Shown here one piece after another: positions 55,867 through 64,000 of a stretch of 64,000 nt of DNA; position 1 is the stretch's first letter, and each line of letters opens with the position of its first letter. Source of the DNA: an uncultured archaeon (GTDB taxonomy: Archaea; Aenigmatarchaeota; Aenigmatarchaeia; QMZP01; QMZT01); NCBI GenBank assembly GCA_964346665.1, contig CAYFVC010000026.1, positions 18,197-82,196 on the forward strand, given 5' to 3'. The position numbers were made by a program, and so were the translations under genes. The notes under the pieces were generated by a model. That model was not told where the DNA came from. It saw only the letters and a program-made list of their open reading frames with translations, and ran no database searches.

Positions 55867-56880
55867 ATGTTCTCTCTGGAAAACATAGTGAAGGAGATCT
55901 CGAAGGCGTCTGATCTTCCGGAAGAGGAGGTTAAAAAGAAGATCGAGGAAAAACAAATCGAGCTTTCTGGGCTGGTATCGCCCGAGGGAGCGGCGTACAT
56001 TGTTGGGAAAGAACTCGGAGTCAACCTTCTCAAGGAATCCGCGAAACGGAGTCTCAAGATAAGGAACGTGCTCCCTGGGATGAGATCCGTGGATGTGACA
56101 GGAAGAATAGTGAGCATATCGGAAAAGAGGGATTTCGAAAAGAAGGGGAGAAAGGGAAGTGTTGTTAACATTGTAATCGGGGATGATACGGGCATTGCAA
56201 GACTCTCCCTATGGGACAATGAAATAGAACTCATCGAAAAGCTTGGCGTGGATGAAGGAGGCGTAGTGAATATTACAGGAGGGTACGTGAAGGAGGATGG
56301 AAGAGGAGGAAGCGAAATAAGACTTGGAAAGGCGGGGAAGCTCGAGAAATCAGATATGGAAATACCCGAAATCGGGGACGTGAAGAGCGATTTCGATAAA
56401 GCTGAGGAGGAAAATATCAGTGATTTGAAAGAAGGAGGATATAACGAGGTGAGGGCCTCGCTAGTTCAGGTGTTCAGGAGGAATCCATTTTTTGAGGTAT
56501 GTCCTACATGCGAAACACGTTTGGAAAAGGAAGGTGATGTGTGGAAATGCAAAGATCATGGTCACATCGAACCAAAATACAATCTAATCCTTTCGGGCGT
56601 GATAGATGACGGTTCTGGGAATATGCGCGTTGTGTTTTTCCGTGATCTTGCAGAGAAGGTTTTTGGAAAGGACATGAACGAATTAAAAAAGTTCGTTCAC
56701 GATGACCCGTTGAGGATATATGAAAGTCTAAAGTTGGGTGAGGAGTTCGTAATTCGTGGGAGAGTCAAGAAGAACCAGTTCACAGATAGAATAGAGTTTA
56801 TAGCTAGTGGGGTTGAAAGGATCGACCCTAAGAAAGAGGTTGAAAAAGTCCTTAAAAAGATAGAAGGGGTTAAAGATTAA
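55867..56880 (+). CDS. rpa: Replication protein A-like ssDNA-binding protein (OB folds plus zinc ribbon)
   Basis: Two OB-fold-like regions (..VDVTGRIVSISEKRDF...GSVVNIVIGDDTGIARLSLWD..) and CPTCETRLEKEGDVWKCKDHGH zinc ribbon; lies upstream of radA. Confidence 0.65.
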   Translation: MFSLENIVKEISKASDLPEEEVKKKIEEKQIELSGLVSPEGAAYIVGKELGVNLLKESAKRSLKIRNVLPGMRSVDVTGRIVSISEKRDFEKKGRKGSVVNIVIGDDTGIARLSLWDNEIELIEKLGVDEGGVVNITGGYVKEDGRGGSEIRLGKAGKLEKSDMEIPEIGDVKSDFDKAEEENISDLKEGGYNEVRASLVQVFRRNPFFEVCPTCETRLEKEGDVWKCKDHGHIEPKYNLILSGVIDDGSGNMRVVFFRDLAEKVFGKDMNELKKFVHDDPLRIYESLKLGEEFVIRGRVKKNQFTDRIEFIASGVERIDPKKEVEKVLKKIEGVKD

Positions 56881-56922
56881 AATATTAAAATGAAATATAA
56901 ATGCTGATAAAGGGGATTTTAT

Positions 56923-57858
56923 ATGACAAAGGGTATCGCAGATCTTCCGGGCGTGGGAGATAAAACACTGGAAAAGATGAAAGAGTCTGGTTATGATAAT
57001 CTAATGAGCATAGCGGCCGCTTCTGCAGGTGAACTTTCGGCTGCGAGCGGACTTGGTGTGGAGACCGCGAATAAGATAATAGCTGGTGCAAGGCAAAATC
57101 TAAAAATGGGTTTTGAACCTGCAAGCGAGGTTCTGAAAAAGAGAGAGCAAATAGGCAAGATCACAACCGGTTCCAAGGCTTTAGATACGTTACTTGGTGG
57201 AGGCATCGAAACTCAGGCAATAACAGAAATGCATGGTGCGTATGGTTCAGGGAAATCGCAACTTGCGCATCAGCTTGCCGTTAGTGTCCAGCTCCCGAAA
57301 GAAAAGGGTGGATTAGGAGGGAAAGCGATATTCATAGATACTGAACAGACGTTCAGACCTGAAAGAATAAGGCATATGGCAGAGGCCATTGGGCTAGATC
57401 CGAAGAAGGCGATGGAAAATATATTTGTTGCGAGGGCATACAACTCGGATCATCAGGTTCTTCTGGCTGAAAAAACCGAGGATATCCTTAAAAAAGAGAA
57501 TGTCAAACTCCTAATAGTTGATTCTGTCACATCCTCGTTCCGTTCGGATTATACAGGAAGGGGAACGTTAGCTGACCGCCAGCAGAAATTGAACAGACAT
57601 CTGCATAAATTACAGAGGTTGGCTGATGTCTACAATATAGCGATATACGTGACCAACCAGGTTATGGCGAGACCTGATGTTCTCTTTGGAGACCCGACTG
57701 CCCCGATAGGTGGTCACATCCTTGGCCATCAAGCGACATTCAGGGTTTATCTGAGGAAATCCAAAGGTGAGAAGAGAGTAGCAAAACTGATAGACTCTCC
57801 GAACATGCCAGAAGGCGAAGCTGTATTCAGGTTGATAACAGAGGGTGTGAGAGATTAA
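56923..57858 (+). CDS. radA: DNA repair and recombination protein RadA
   Basis: N-terminal HhH (..[17 protein letters not shown]..) and Walker [14 protein letters not shown] with the RecA/Rad51 core. Confidence 0.9.
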   Translation: MTKGIADLPGVGDKTLEKMKESGYDNLMSIAAASAGELSAASGLGVETANKIIAGARQNLKMGFEPASEVLKKREQIGKITTGSKALDTLLGGGIETQAITEMHGAYGSGKSQLAHQLAVSVQLPKEKGGLGGKAIFIDTEQTFRPERIRHMAEAIGLDPKKAMENIFVARAYNSDHQVLLAEKTEDILKKENVKLLIVDSVTSSFRSDYTGRGTLADRQQKLNRHLHKLQRLADVYNIAIYVTNQVMARPDVLFGDPTAPIGGHILGHQATFRVYLRKSKGEKRVAKLIDSPNMPEGEAVFRLITEGVRD

Positions 57859-58214
57859 AAAGTGAGACTTCGTAATTTCAGGAATCTCAAAACCTGCTCC
57901 TTAGTCATGCTGGGGTCCTTCAATTTAACGAATTTTATTCTCAAACCAATGTCTTCAAAGCCTTCGGGAACGAGAATTTCGACGTAGGGCGACATATATA
58001 AATCCAAAGTTCTGGAAACGGTCCATTTGTGGAGACCTGTTAGTTTCGATATTTTGGAAACTGTCAGCAATTCGCCTGTTTTTCCTGATTTTTTTAATAA
58101 ATTGAAGATCTGCATAACGTTTTTTAGCGTGTTTTTGTAGTAATTTTTATTTGTCATGATTAATATATTGACGGGGTCAAATTTATACCTATCAAAAACA
58201 GGAGATGAAAACAA
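57855..58214 (-). CDS. Hypothetical protein with wHTH-like segment
   Basis: ..[26 protein letters not shown].. resembles an HTH; 119 aa; weak call. Confidence 0.35.
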   Translation of the reverse strand: MFSSPVFDRYKFDPVNILIMTNKNYYKNTLKNVMQIFNLLKKSGKTGELLTVSKISKLTGLHKWTVSRTLDLYMSPYVEILVPEGFEDIGLRIKFVKLKDPSMTKEQVLRFLKLRSLTF

Positions 58215-58220
58215 TGGAAC

Positions 58221-58481
58221 TTAAATTATGTCCTTTTCCGTTACTATTACGAAATCTCCTACTGATTTCACTGCAGAGAACGGAACGAGAACCCTTCCTT
58301 TGTCATCTTCCTGCAGATTGAGCTCGGTTGTGTGCTTGGTTGGCTGTACGAGAACTAGGTTTATGAGCTCACCCGATTCTATAATGTAATCAAGATCTCC
58401 TACAACTCCAAATTTCTTCCCGCTTTCCTCCGAAACGAGAATTTTTCCTACGAGGTCCCTGCTTCTTATTCTCTCTTCCAT
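58221..58481 (-). CDS. PRC-barrel domain protein
   Basis: 86 aa with ..LVGKILVSEESGKKFGVVGDLDYIIESGELINLVL.. typical of PRC/RimM-like barrels. Confidence 0.5.
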   Translation of the reverse strand: MEERIRSRDLVGKILVSEESGKKFGVVGDLDYIIESGELINLVLVQPTKHTTELNLQEDDKGRVLVPFSAVKSVGDFVIVTEKDII

Positions 58482-58538
58482 AAAAACCCTCCCCTTGATA
58501 AAGATATTGTATATTATGAAAATAAACTATTTAAAAAT

Positions 58539-59618
58539 TTATGCATCCACCATCAATGTCCTAATCTTATCTGATAACGTGTATTGATAGCTTTTTCCCC
58601 TCTTTTTCCTCATCACCATGCCCTCTTTCACGAGCCTTTTGACTATGTTGTTTATTGATCTTATTGCATTGTCCCTGCTCTTGTAGCCTTCCAAATTCAT
58701 TTTCTCAACTATTTCCTTTGGCGTCGACTCCCCGTATTTACCTAGTATCTCAAGGATGTCCCTCTGTTTTGAAGGCAGAGATTTCACGGATTCAAGTGAA
58801 ACCCTTTTAGGCGAAGTGATTTCAGAATCCTTGAGGAAATTCATGTCTATGGTTGATATGTTGTTTTCCATCGCCTTCTGAACGAGGTCGTTACACATCC
58901 TTATGACCTCCCTAGGGAAGCCTCCTGTCTTTTCATATATACGTTCGATAGTCTCTGAGGTGAATGGTTTTATATCATCCCCTCCTGCCCATTCTATCCT
59001 TTTTTTAATTAATTCTCTTGTTTCCGATTTTGTTAGACTTGCGAGCTCAACCCTTGTATTCACTCTTCTCCTGAAAGTTTCAAGGTTATCATTAAGGGTG
59101 GATTCCAGAACGGGCAGACCTGTGATGACAACAGAGAGGTTATCTATTTGGTCCGTTAGCGTTCTTAGCCATTCAAGCGTCTCTATGCCTGCCTCGTGAC
59201 TTTCGTCCACAAGCATAACCACGTTCGAATTCTTCATTTTTTTGTTCACCCATTCACTCAAATTGTATAGATTGATATCTTTTCTGCGTGAAAATAATCT
59301 TTCAAATACCCCTAACCCTATGAAGTTTGCGAAGACCTTCACCCAATCCTCGGGGTCATTTGGAGGTTTGGAAAGGTAAAAAATTATCCTATCCTTTTCA
59401 AAGTTTTTCATCAAAAACTTCAGGAGTGTCGTCTTGCCTGAACCCGTGGGACCGATAAGAAGGGATAACTTATCGTTGTTCTGTATGCCGGTTAGTATTC
59501 TTTCTGTTTCCTTCATGTATCCTACGAAAAGATCAGGCAATATCTTGAAACTGAATGGATTCTCTCTCCAGTTGAATATCTTCACATACCTTTCATTGAA
59601 ATTCATTTCCGAATTCAT
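58539..59618 (-). CDS. AAA+ ATPase with C-terminal winged helix (Orc1/Cdc6-like or related)
   Basis: Walker A LLIGPTGSGKTTL, Walker B VVMLVDESHE, and a C-terminal wH (..ILEILGKYGESTPKEIVEKMNLEGYKSRDNAIRSINNIVKRLVKEGMV..); the N-terminal ..ENPFSFKILPDLFVGYMKETERI.. resembles the Orc1 N-terminal region. Confidence 0.45.
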   Translation of the reverse strand: MNSEMNFNERYVKIFNWRENPFSFKILPDLFVGYMKETERILTGIQNNDKLSLLIGPTGSGKTTLLKFLMKNFEKDRIIFYLSKPPNDPEDWVKVFANFIGLGVFERLFSRRKDINLYNLSEWVNKKMKNSNVVMLVDESHEAGIETLEWLRTLTDQIDNLSVVITGLPVLESTLNDNLETFRRRVNTRVELASLTKSETRELIKKRIEWAGGDDIKPFTSETIERIYEKTGGFPREVIRMCNDLVQKAMENNISTIDMNFLKDSEITSPKRVSLESVKSLPSKQRDILEILGKYGESTPKEIVEKMNLEGYKSRDNAIRSINNIVKRLVKEGMVMRKKRGKSYQYTLSDKIRTLMVDA

Positions 59619-59707
59619 AATTTCATATAATCAAGAAACTATTTAAATGTTTTTGTGAAGTTAATGTGAAACGAGTGATTTATATATACATTTTCACAAT
59701 ATCTCTT

Positions 59708-60259
59708 ATGAGGTGTTTTATTTCGATTGATCTCGACGAAATATTGATAAAGAAGGTGATAGAGATACAGAAAAATTTGCAAAATCTAGACATAGACGTG
59801 AAATTTGTTGAACCTGAAAACCTCCATTTCACAGTGAAATTTCTCGGTAATGTGAATGAAAATGAAGTTAATGATATAAAGGATTCCCTTAAGGAATGCC
59901 TTAAAGGGGAAAGCGAATTTAAAGTAAATGTTAATGGTATTGGTTATTTCGGAAGTACTTCTTATATAAGAACGCTGTGGCTTGGTGTAAATCAAGGTGA
60001 AGATGAACTAGTCAAGTTAATGAAAAGGGTGAATGATTGTGTGAAAATAGGTGAAGGTAATTTTTCACCACATTTGACAATAGGAAGGGTTAGATCAGGT
60101 AAAAATAGGGAAATTTTGCTGAGATTCGTAAACGAATCAAAGAACGTGGATATAGGTGAAATGTTCGTGAATAAAGTGAATTTGAAGTCAAGTGCATTGA
60201 CCAAAAAAGGTCCTATATACAACGATTTGGCTGTTTTTAAACTGGGGTCACGAAAATGA
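59708..60259 (+). CDS. thpR: RNA 2',3'-cyclic phosphodiesterase (LigT/ThpR, 2H phosphoesterase)
   Basis: Two H-x-T-x motifs (HFTVKFLG and HLTIGRV) at the spacing typical of the 2H family; start moved to MRCFISIDLD. Confidence 0.75.
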   Translation: MRCFISIDLDEILIKKVIEIQKNLQNLDIDVKFVEPENLHFTVKFLGNVNENEVNDIKDSLKECLKGESEFKVNVNGIGYFGSTSYIRTLWLGVNQGEDELVKLMKRVNDCVKIGEGNFSPHLTIGRVRSGKNREILLRFVNESKNVDIGEMFVNKVNLKSSALTKKGPIYNDLAVFKLGSRK

Positions 60260-60639
60260 ACGAAAGGAGTTTGATGAAGATATCCGTAATTGGAGTTTCT
60301 ATAAGCCTTGTTATTTTGTATATAATCACCAGCCAGAGTTTCTCCTTTCACGTGAAGATTGGTGATATTGATAAATCATTCATAGGGAAAACCGTGAACG
60401 TAACGGGCGAGATAACCGGGATGTTTAAGAGTAAGGGTCATGTCTTTTTTGATCTAAAAGATGATACGGGGAATATAAAGGTTGTGCTCTGGAATGATAC
60501 GCTGGAGTTGCTCGATATCAATAACGTGAATATAAGCGAGATAAGGGACGGTAAAAGAATCAACATCATAGGAAATATTCAGCTGTATAAAGGTGAATTA
60601 GAGGTATTACCAATACGTGGAAATGTGAATATAATGTGA
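60256..60639 (+). CDS. Membrane-anchored OB-fold (tRNA_anti-like) nucleic-acid-binding protein
   Basis: N-terminal TM helix, then ..GKTVNVTGEITGMFKSKGHVFFDLKDDTGNIKVVLW.. OB-fold pattern. Confidence 0.45.
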   Translation: MNERSLMKISVIGVSISLVILYIITSQSFSFHVKIGDIDKSFIGKTVNVTGEITGMFKSKGHVFFDLKDDTGNIKVVLWNDTLELLDINNVNISEIRDGKRINIIGNIQLYKGELEVLPIRGNVNIM

Positions 60640-60641
60640 AA

Positions 60642-61673
60642 TTAAAAATGTTTATGAGCTGATTTCACGAGTTCTGTAACGAGTTTTACAGAATTCTTCA
60701 CGTCATTCATGTCTACAATCTCAACTGGAGTGTGTAAGTAACGTGAAGGTGTTAATATCGAAATTGACGGGATACCCTCCCTTATCATCGGGGTTACAGA
60801 GGCGTCTGTCGCTCCTGCTGAAAGGATGTCGAATTGTAACTTTATCTTGTTTTTCCTTGCAATATCCTGAACCCATTTCTTTGTATCGCTCTGCACTATG
60901 CTTATGGCGTCCTTAATCGTGAGTGCGGGACCTTCGCTTATTTTCCCTGTGGCTTCATGGGGCTTCAATTCAGGCGTATCACCGCTTATGGTGGCATCAA
61001 GTGCTATGACAATATCGGGGTTTATACCGAATGCTGGTCCTCTTACCCCCACCAAACCTATCTCCTCCTTCACGGTCCCAACTGCGTAAACCGTTCCCTT
61101 GAACTTTTTGAGATTTTTCATGACCTCTATTAATACCAGGCAACCAACCCTGTCATCGAATCCGTACCCTGTCACTCTAGAACCGCCGAGTTTGTTGAAT
61201 TCTCCGTAATTCGTTATGAAGTCTCCCACATTCACGCCCATTCTTTCAGCTTCTTTTCTGTTTTTCGCTCCTATATCCATGAACATGTCGCTTATCTTCA
61301 CGGGCTTCTTTTCCTCTTCTTTCTCTTGCAAGTGAATGGGTTTCGATCCTATAACTCCAACAACAGGCCCTTTAGAGCCGTGTATCTTGAACTTCTGGGC
61401 AGTTAAGATTTTCGGATCCCACCCGCCAACAGGCTCGAATCTTATGAAACCCTTTTCATCTATATACTTCACCACTAAGCCCAATTCATCCATATGCGCG
61501 GCTAACATGATCTTAGGAGAACCAGAACCCTTTCTGCATATCAAATTTCCGATTTTATCGACTTTAATTTCATCAACATGGGTTTTGATCTCCTTGGATA
61601 TCAAATCCCTTATGTTCTTTTCATAACCTGAAATTGAAGGGGATTCAACAAGTTTTTTAAGCAAATCCTCCAT
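60642..61673 (-). CDS. M42-family aminopeptidase (TET / FrvX / CelM-like)
   Basis: ..MLAAHMDELGLVV.. and ..GYGFDDRVGC.. metal-binding motifs of M42 peptidases; 343 aa. Confidence 0.8.
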   Translation of the reverse strand: MEDLLKKLVESPSISGYEKNIRDLISKEIKTHVDEIKVDKIGNLICRKGSGSPKIMLAAHMDELGLVVKYIDEKGFIRFEPVGGWDPKILTAQKFKIHGSKGPVVGVIGSKPIHLQEKEEEKKPVKISDMFMDIGAKNRKEAERMGVNVGDFITNYGEFNKLGGSRVTGYGFDDRVGCLVLIEVMKNLKKFKGTVYAVGTVKEEIGLVGVRGPAFGINPDIVIALDATISGDTPELKPHEATGKISEGPALTIKDAISIVQSDTKKWVQDIARKNKIKLQFDILSAGATDASVTPMIREGIPSISILTPSRYLHTPVEIVDMNDVKNSVKLVTELVKSAHKHF

Positions 61674-61726
61674 ACTCTCACCTAACCTATTGTCTGATAA
61701 ATAATTGACTTTGTAGTTATATTAAT

Positions 61727-62926
61727 TTATGTGAGGTCTTGTTTCGACAGGATTTTAACAGGGGATTTTATGTTTTCCTTTTCCATCCCGACCAAAAACT
61801 TTATCCCCTTCCTCCTTGCTATCATGTCTAGTTTGTAGTCAACCCTTCCGTCAAATATCACCGCATAGGGATTGTCAACTGTTTTTAGCGTGTTTTGCAG
61901 CTCTTTCACGGGAACCTTACCAAGAAGATTAAACGTTGAATCAAAGATACAAGCAGCTCGCGTTCCTATTAGTTCCTCAAGTGTTTTTTTGAATGTCTTT
62001 TTCTGATCTTCTGTAAGCTTCGTGACCTTTGGCTTGGTGAATACTTTAGGTTGAGGTTTGGTGAATTCGATTTTGGGTCTTTCCCTTTTTTCTTCATGAT
62101 TGAGCTTCTCCAATTTGAACTGGGAAGCCGAAACCTTTTCTCTGAGTGCTTTGAATACCTCTTTTTTTGAAAGCTCCTCCACTTCTTTGCCTTCGGGGGC
62201 GACAGCAACGTAATCCAAATCCGTTGTCTCCAACAGGCTTTTCAGGTTAAGGTTGCCTCCCCTGTCGCCGTCGACGAAGGCTGTGGTTATCTTCTCCTTT
62301 GACAAGCCTATTATTTGTTGGGGGATCGAACTGCCTTGTATCGCTATGACATTCTTGATTCCGTATTTCACGAGGTTTATAACATCCGCTCGACCCTCTA
62401 CTATGATTATCTCCTCCGAATCTAGCAGGCTCGGGCCGCACGGAAGGCTTTGATAACTTGTTATCTCGTATGTCTTAATCTCCTCTTTTATTTCCTCTGC
62501 TATCTTTGATGTGTCTTGTATCCCTTTGTCTAGCAACTCCTTCAAAATGGTCTTTGCCTTGTCCACTACAAACTTCCTCTTCATCTCCCTTGTGTCTTCG
62601 ACTGATTTTAGTATTATCTTGGCCGAACATGGACCAACCCTTTCTATCGTTTCTAATGTAGCTGCTATTAATGCTGTCTCCGCCGAATCCAGAGAAGAAG
62701 GGATAGCGACCTCGCCGTGTGATTTTCCTTTTTCAGATTTTATATTGACTTCAATCCTTCCTATCCTTCCTGTTCTTTGAAGTTCCCTTAAATCGAGATC
62801 AGACCCGAGCAGACCTTCTGTCTGCCCGAATATAGCTCCTATAACATCAGGTTTCTCTATTACTCCTTTTGCGTCTATTTCCGCCTTTATCACGTATTTT
62901 ATTGAAGTTGGCGCAAGTTTTGACAT
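61727..62926 (-). CDS. dnaG: Archaeal DnaG primase (TOPRIM)
   Basis: N-terminal ..IKYVIKAEIDAKGVIEKPDVIGAIFGQTEGLLGSDLDLRELQ.. signature of archaeal DnaG and a TOPRIM core (..IIIVEGRADVINL..DGD..). Confidence 0.85.
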   Translation of the reverse strand: MSKLAPTSIKYVIKAEIDAKGVIEKPDVIGAIFGQTEGLLGSDLDLRELQRTGRIGRIEVNIKSEKGKSHGEVAIPSSLDSAETALIAATLETIERVGPCSAKIILKSVEDTREMKRKFVVDKAKTILKELLDKGIQDTSKIAEEIKEEIKTYEITSYQSLPCGPSLLDSEEIIIVEGRADVINLVKYGIKNVIAIQGSSIPQQIIGLSKEKITTAFVDGDRGGNLNLKSLLETTDLDYVAVAPEGKEVEELSKKEVFKALREKVSASQFKLEKLNHEEKRERPKIEFTKPQPKVFTKPKVTKLTEDQKKTFKKTLEELIGTRAACIFDSTFNLLGKVPVKELQNTLKTVDNPYAVIFDGRVDYKLDMIARRKGIKFLVGMEKENIKSPVKILSKQDLT

Positions 62927-63308
62927 GAACATCAACCTCCTTAAACAAATGAGGGTTCGGACTATTCAAATTTCCGAAATCCTCAATCTTGTTTTTTCCT
63001 AAATTCATCACTTTCCACCTTAATTTCGAATTTGGGTGTTTTCCATATGTCTGGAGCAGGTGTTTCAATCGTTTTTCGATTGCCCTGCCTTTTTTATCGA
63101 AATCCGTCAATATGACTATCTCCTTTTTCGTTTTTGACACGATTTCCGCCACTTTGTAAAGCGGTCTTCCATTGATAGCAATAATATCTTTCACGCCTAG
63201 GCTTTTTAAAGCTTTTTTGTCTTTTTTTCCTTCAACTATGATCAGTTTTTCCTCTAATTGCCTTAAAATCCTGTCCAGTTTTTCTTCGTCTATTACCTTT
63301 CGATTCAT
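62847..63308 (-). CDS. Small TOPRIM-domain protein (COG1658-like)
   Basis: ..LIIVEGKKDKKALKSLG...VILTDFDKKGRAIEKRL.. TOPRIM E and DxD motifs; the 3' end overlaps the dnaG 5' end by about 80 nt in another frame. Confidence 0.55.
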   Translation of the reverse strand: MNRKVIDEEKLDRILRQLEEKLIIVEGKKDKKALKSLGVKDIIAINGRPLYKVAEIVSKTKKEIVILTDFDKKGRAIEKRLKHLLQTYGKHPNSKLRWKVMNLGKNKIEDFGNLNSPNPHLFKEVDVHVKTCANFNKIRDKGGNRRKRSNRET

Positions 63309-63961
63309 AGCAATACATCCAATATGTCTCTTTCTGTTATTAACCCAACGAGCTCGTCTTCCTCAACAACAGGCAATCCTCCTACGCGTTTGCTCCTCAT
63401 AATACTGACTGCTGAGAACAAATCCGCATCATCTCGAATGGTAACAGGTTCCATGTTCATCACTTTTTCTATCCATGTTTTGTCTAAAACGAACTTGTCC
63501 TCGATTCCATTTTTGCGAATGTGAAGCAAAATGTCGGTTGGCGTTACAATCCCTAGGAGTATGTTATCTTCGACTATCGGAAGTCTCCTAAATCCTCCCC
63601 TACACATCATCTTTCCGACTTCATATACACTGTATTTCCTTCGGACAAAAATGGGCCTTTCAACCATTATTTCATAAACCTTGATTCCAACTGGCCTGTT
63701 CACCTGCTTCACGAAGTCCCATTCTGAAACCACCGAAAGCAATTTTTTGGAATCCATAACAGGGAGAAGCCCGAAACCTTCTCTTTTGAATATCTCAAGC
63801 GATTTCTTTATGCTTGTTTTGAAGTTTATTTTTTTCACACGTCTTGTCATGAATTTTCCCACACGTAAACCCATGCTCCTTTTGTGTTTCTTGAATAGGT
63901 TGTATTTTTCCCCTCCTCCGAGGAGGTCAAGCAAATCGATGGAGGTGATTATTCCCTTCAA
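63305..63961 (-). CDS. CBS-domain protein (two CBS pairs); the N-terminus may extend beyond the window
   Basis: Four CBS-like units (..GLLPVMDSKKLLSVVSEWDF.., ..RRLPIVEDNILLGIVTPTDIL.., ..GGLPVVEEDELVGLITERDIL..). Confidence 0.55.
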   Translation of the reverse strand: MKGIITSIDLLDLLGGGEKYNLFKKHKRSMGLRVGKFMTRRVKKINFKTSIKKSLEIFKREGFGLLPVMDSKKLLSVVSEWDFVKQVNRPVGIKVYEIMVERPIFVRRKYSVYEVGKMMCRGGFRRLPIVEDNILLGIVTPTDILLHIRKNGIEDKFVLDKTWIEKVMNMEPVTIRDDADLFSAVSIMRSKRVGGLPVVEEDELVGLITERDILDVLL

Positions 63962-64000
63962 ATGGAATGATTTATCGACAACAGGGATCTTTCTGAATTT

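Noticed and set aside
1-64000. CRISPR arrays, IS elements, integrases, prophage
   Set aside because: No short direct repeats at regular spacing, and no transposase, integrase, capsid or terminase-like ORFs were recognised in any frame.

Overview
The window reads as an archaeal chromosomal segment of roughly 40-42% GC, gene-dense on both strands. Most of it is housekeeping. Aminoacyl-tRNA synthetases: ArgRS, GlyRS, PheRS alpha and beta. Ribosomal proteins: L15e, L21e, S17e, S26e. Other core genes: RNA polymerase subunit F, ABCE1/RLI, Pus10, TatD, UMP kinase, ATP-dependent DNA ligase, RadA with an RPA-like ssDNA-binding protein, archaeal DnaG primase, the RtcB ligase with archease, pyruvate phosphate dikinase and MinD. 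RNA genes and non-coding elements: one structured RNA consistent with SRP (7S) RNA, and one tRNA-Arg(CCU) that appears to carry a non-canonical intron in the D-loop. Accessory, surface and possibly novel content: (i) an ESCRT-III/Vps4 (Cdv-like) gene pair. (ii) A giant N-glycosylation-sequon-rich extracellular protein whose vWA/MIDAS motifs are about 440 residues apart, with a co-directional secreted/anchored partner and a VanZ-like membrane protein. (iii) A cluster of conserved-looking but unrecognisable genes at 18.6-23.6 kb: two tandem paralogues, a small membrane protein, a 571-aa protein, and a 598-aa xylose-isomerase-like TIM barrel carrying a large insertion, next to a TrmB-family regulator. 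(iv) Dispersed type-IV-pilus-like components: two FlaI/UpsE-type ATPases, a split FlaJ/TadBC platform, three pilin-like genes, and an operon of small protein, large pilin-like protein, HTH/TM protein and ATPase. No CRISPR array, transposase or integrase was seen. All calls come from reading the six-frame translations and sequence motifs; no database searches were run.
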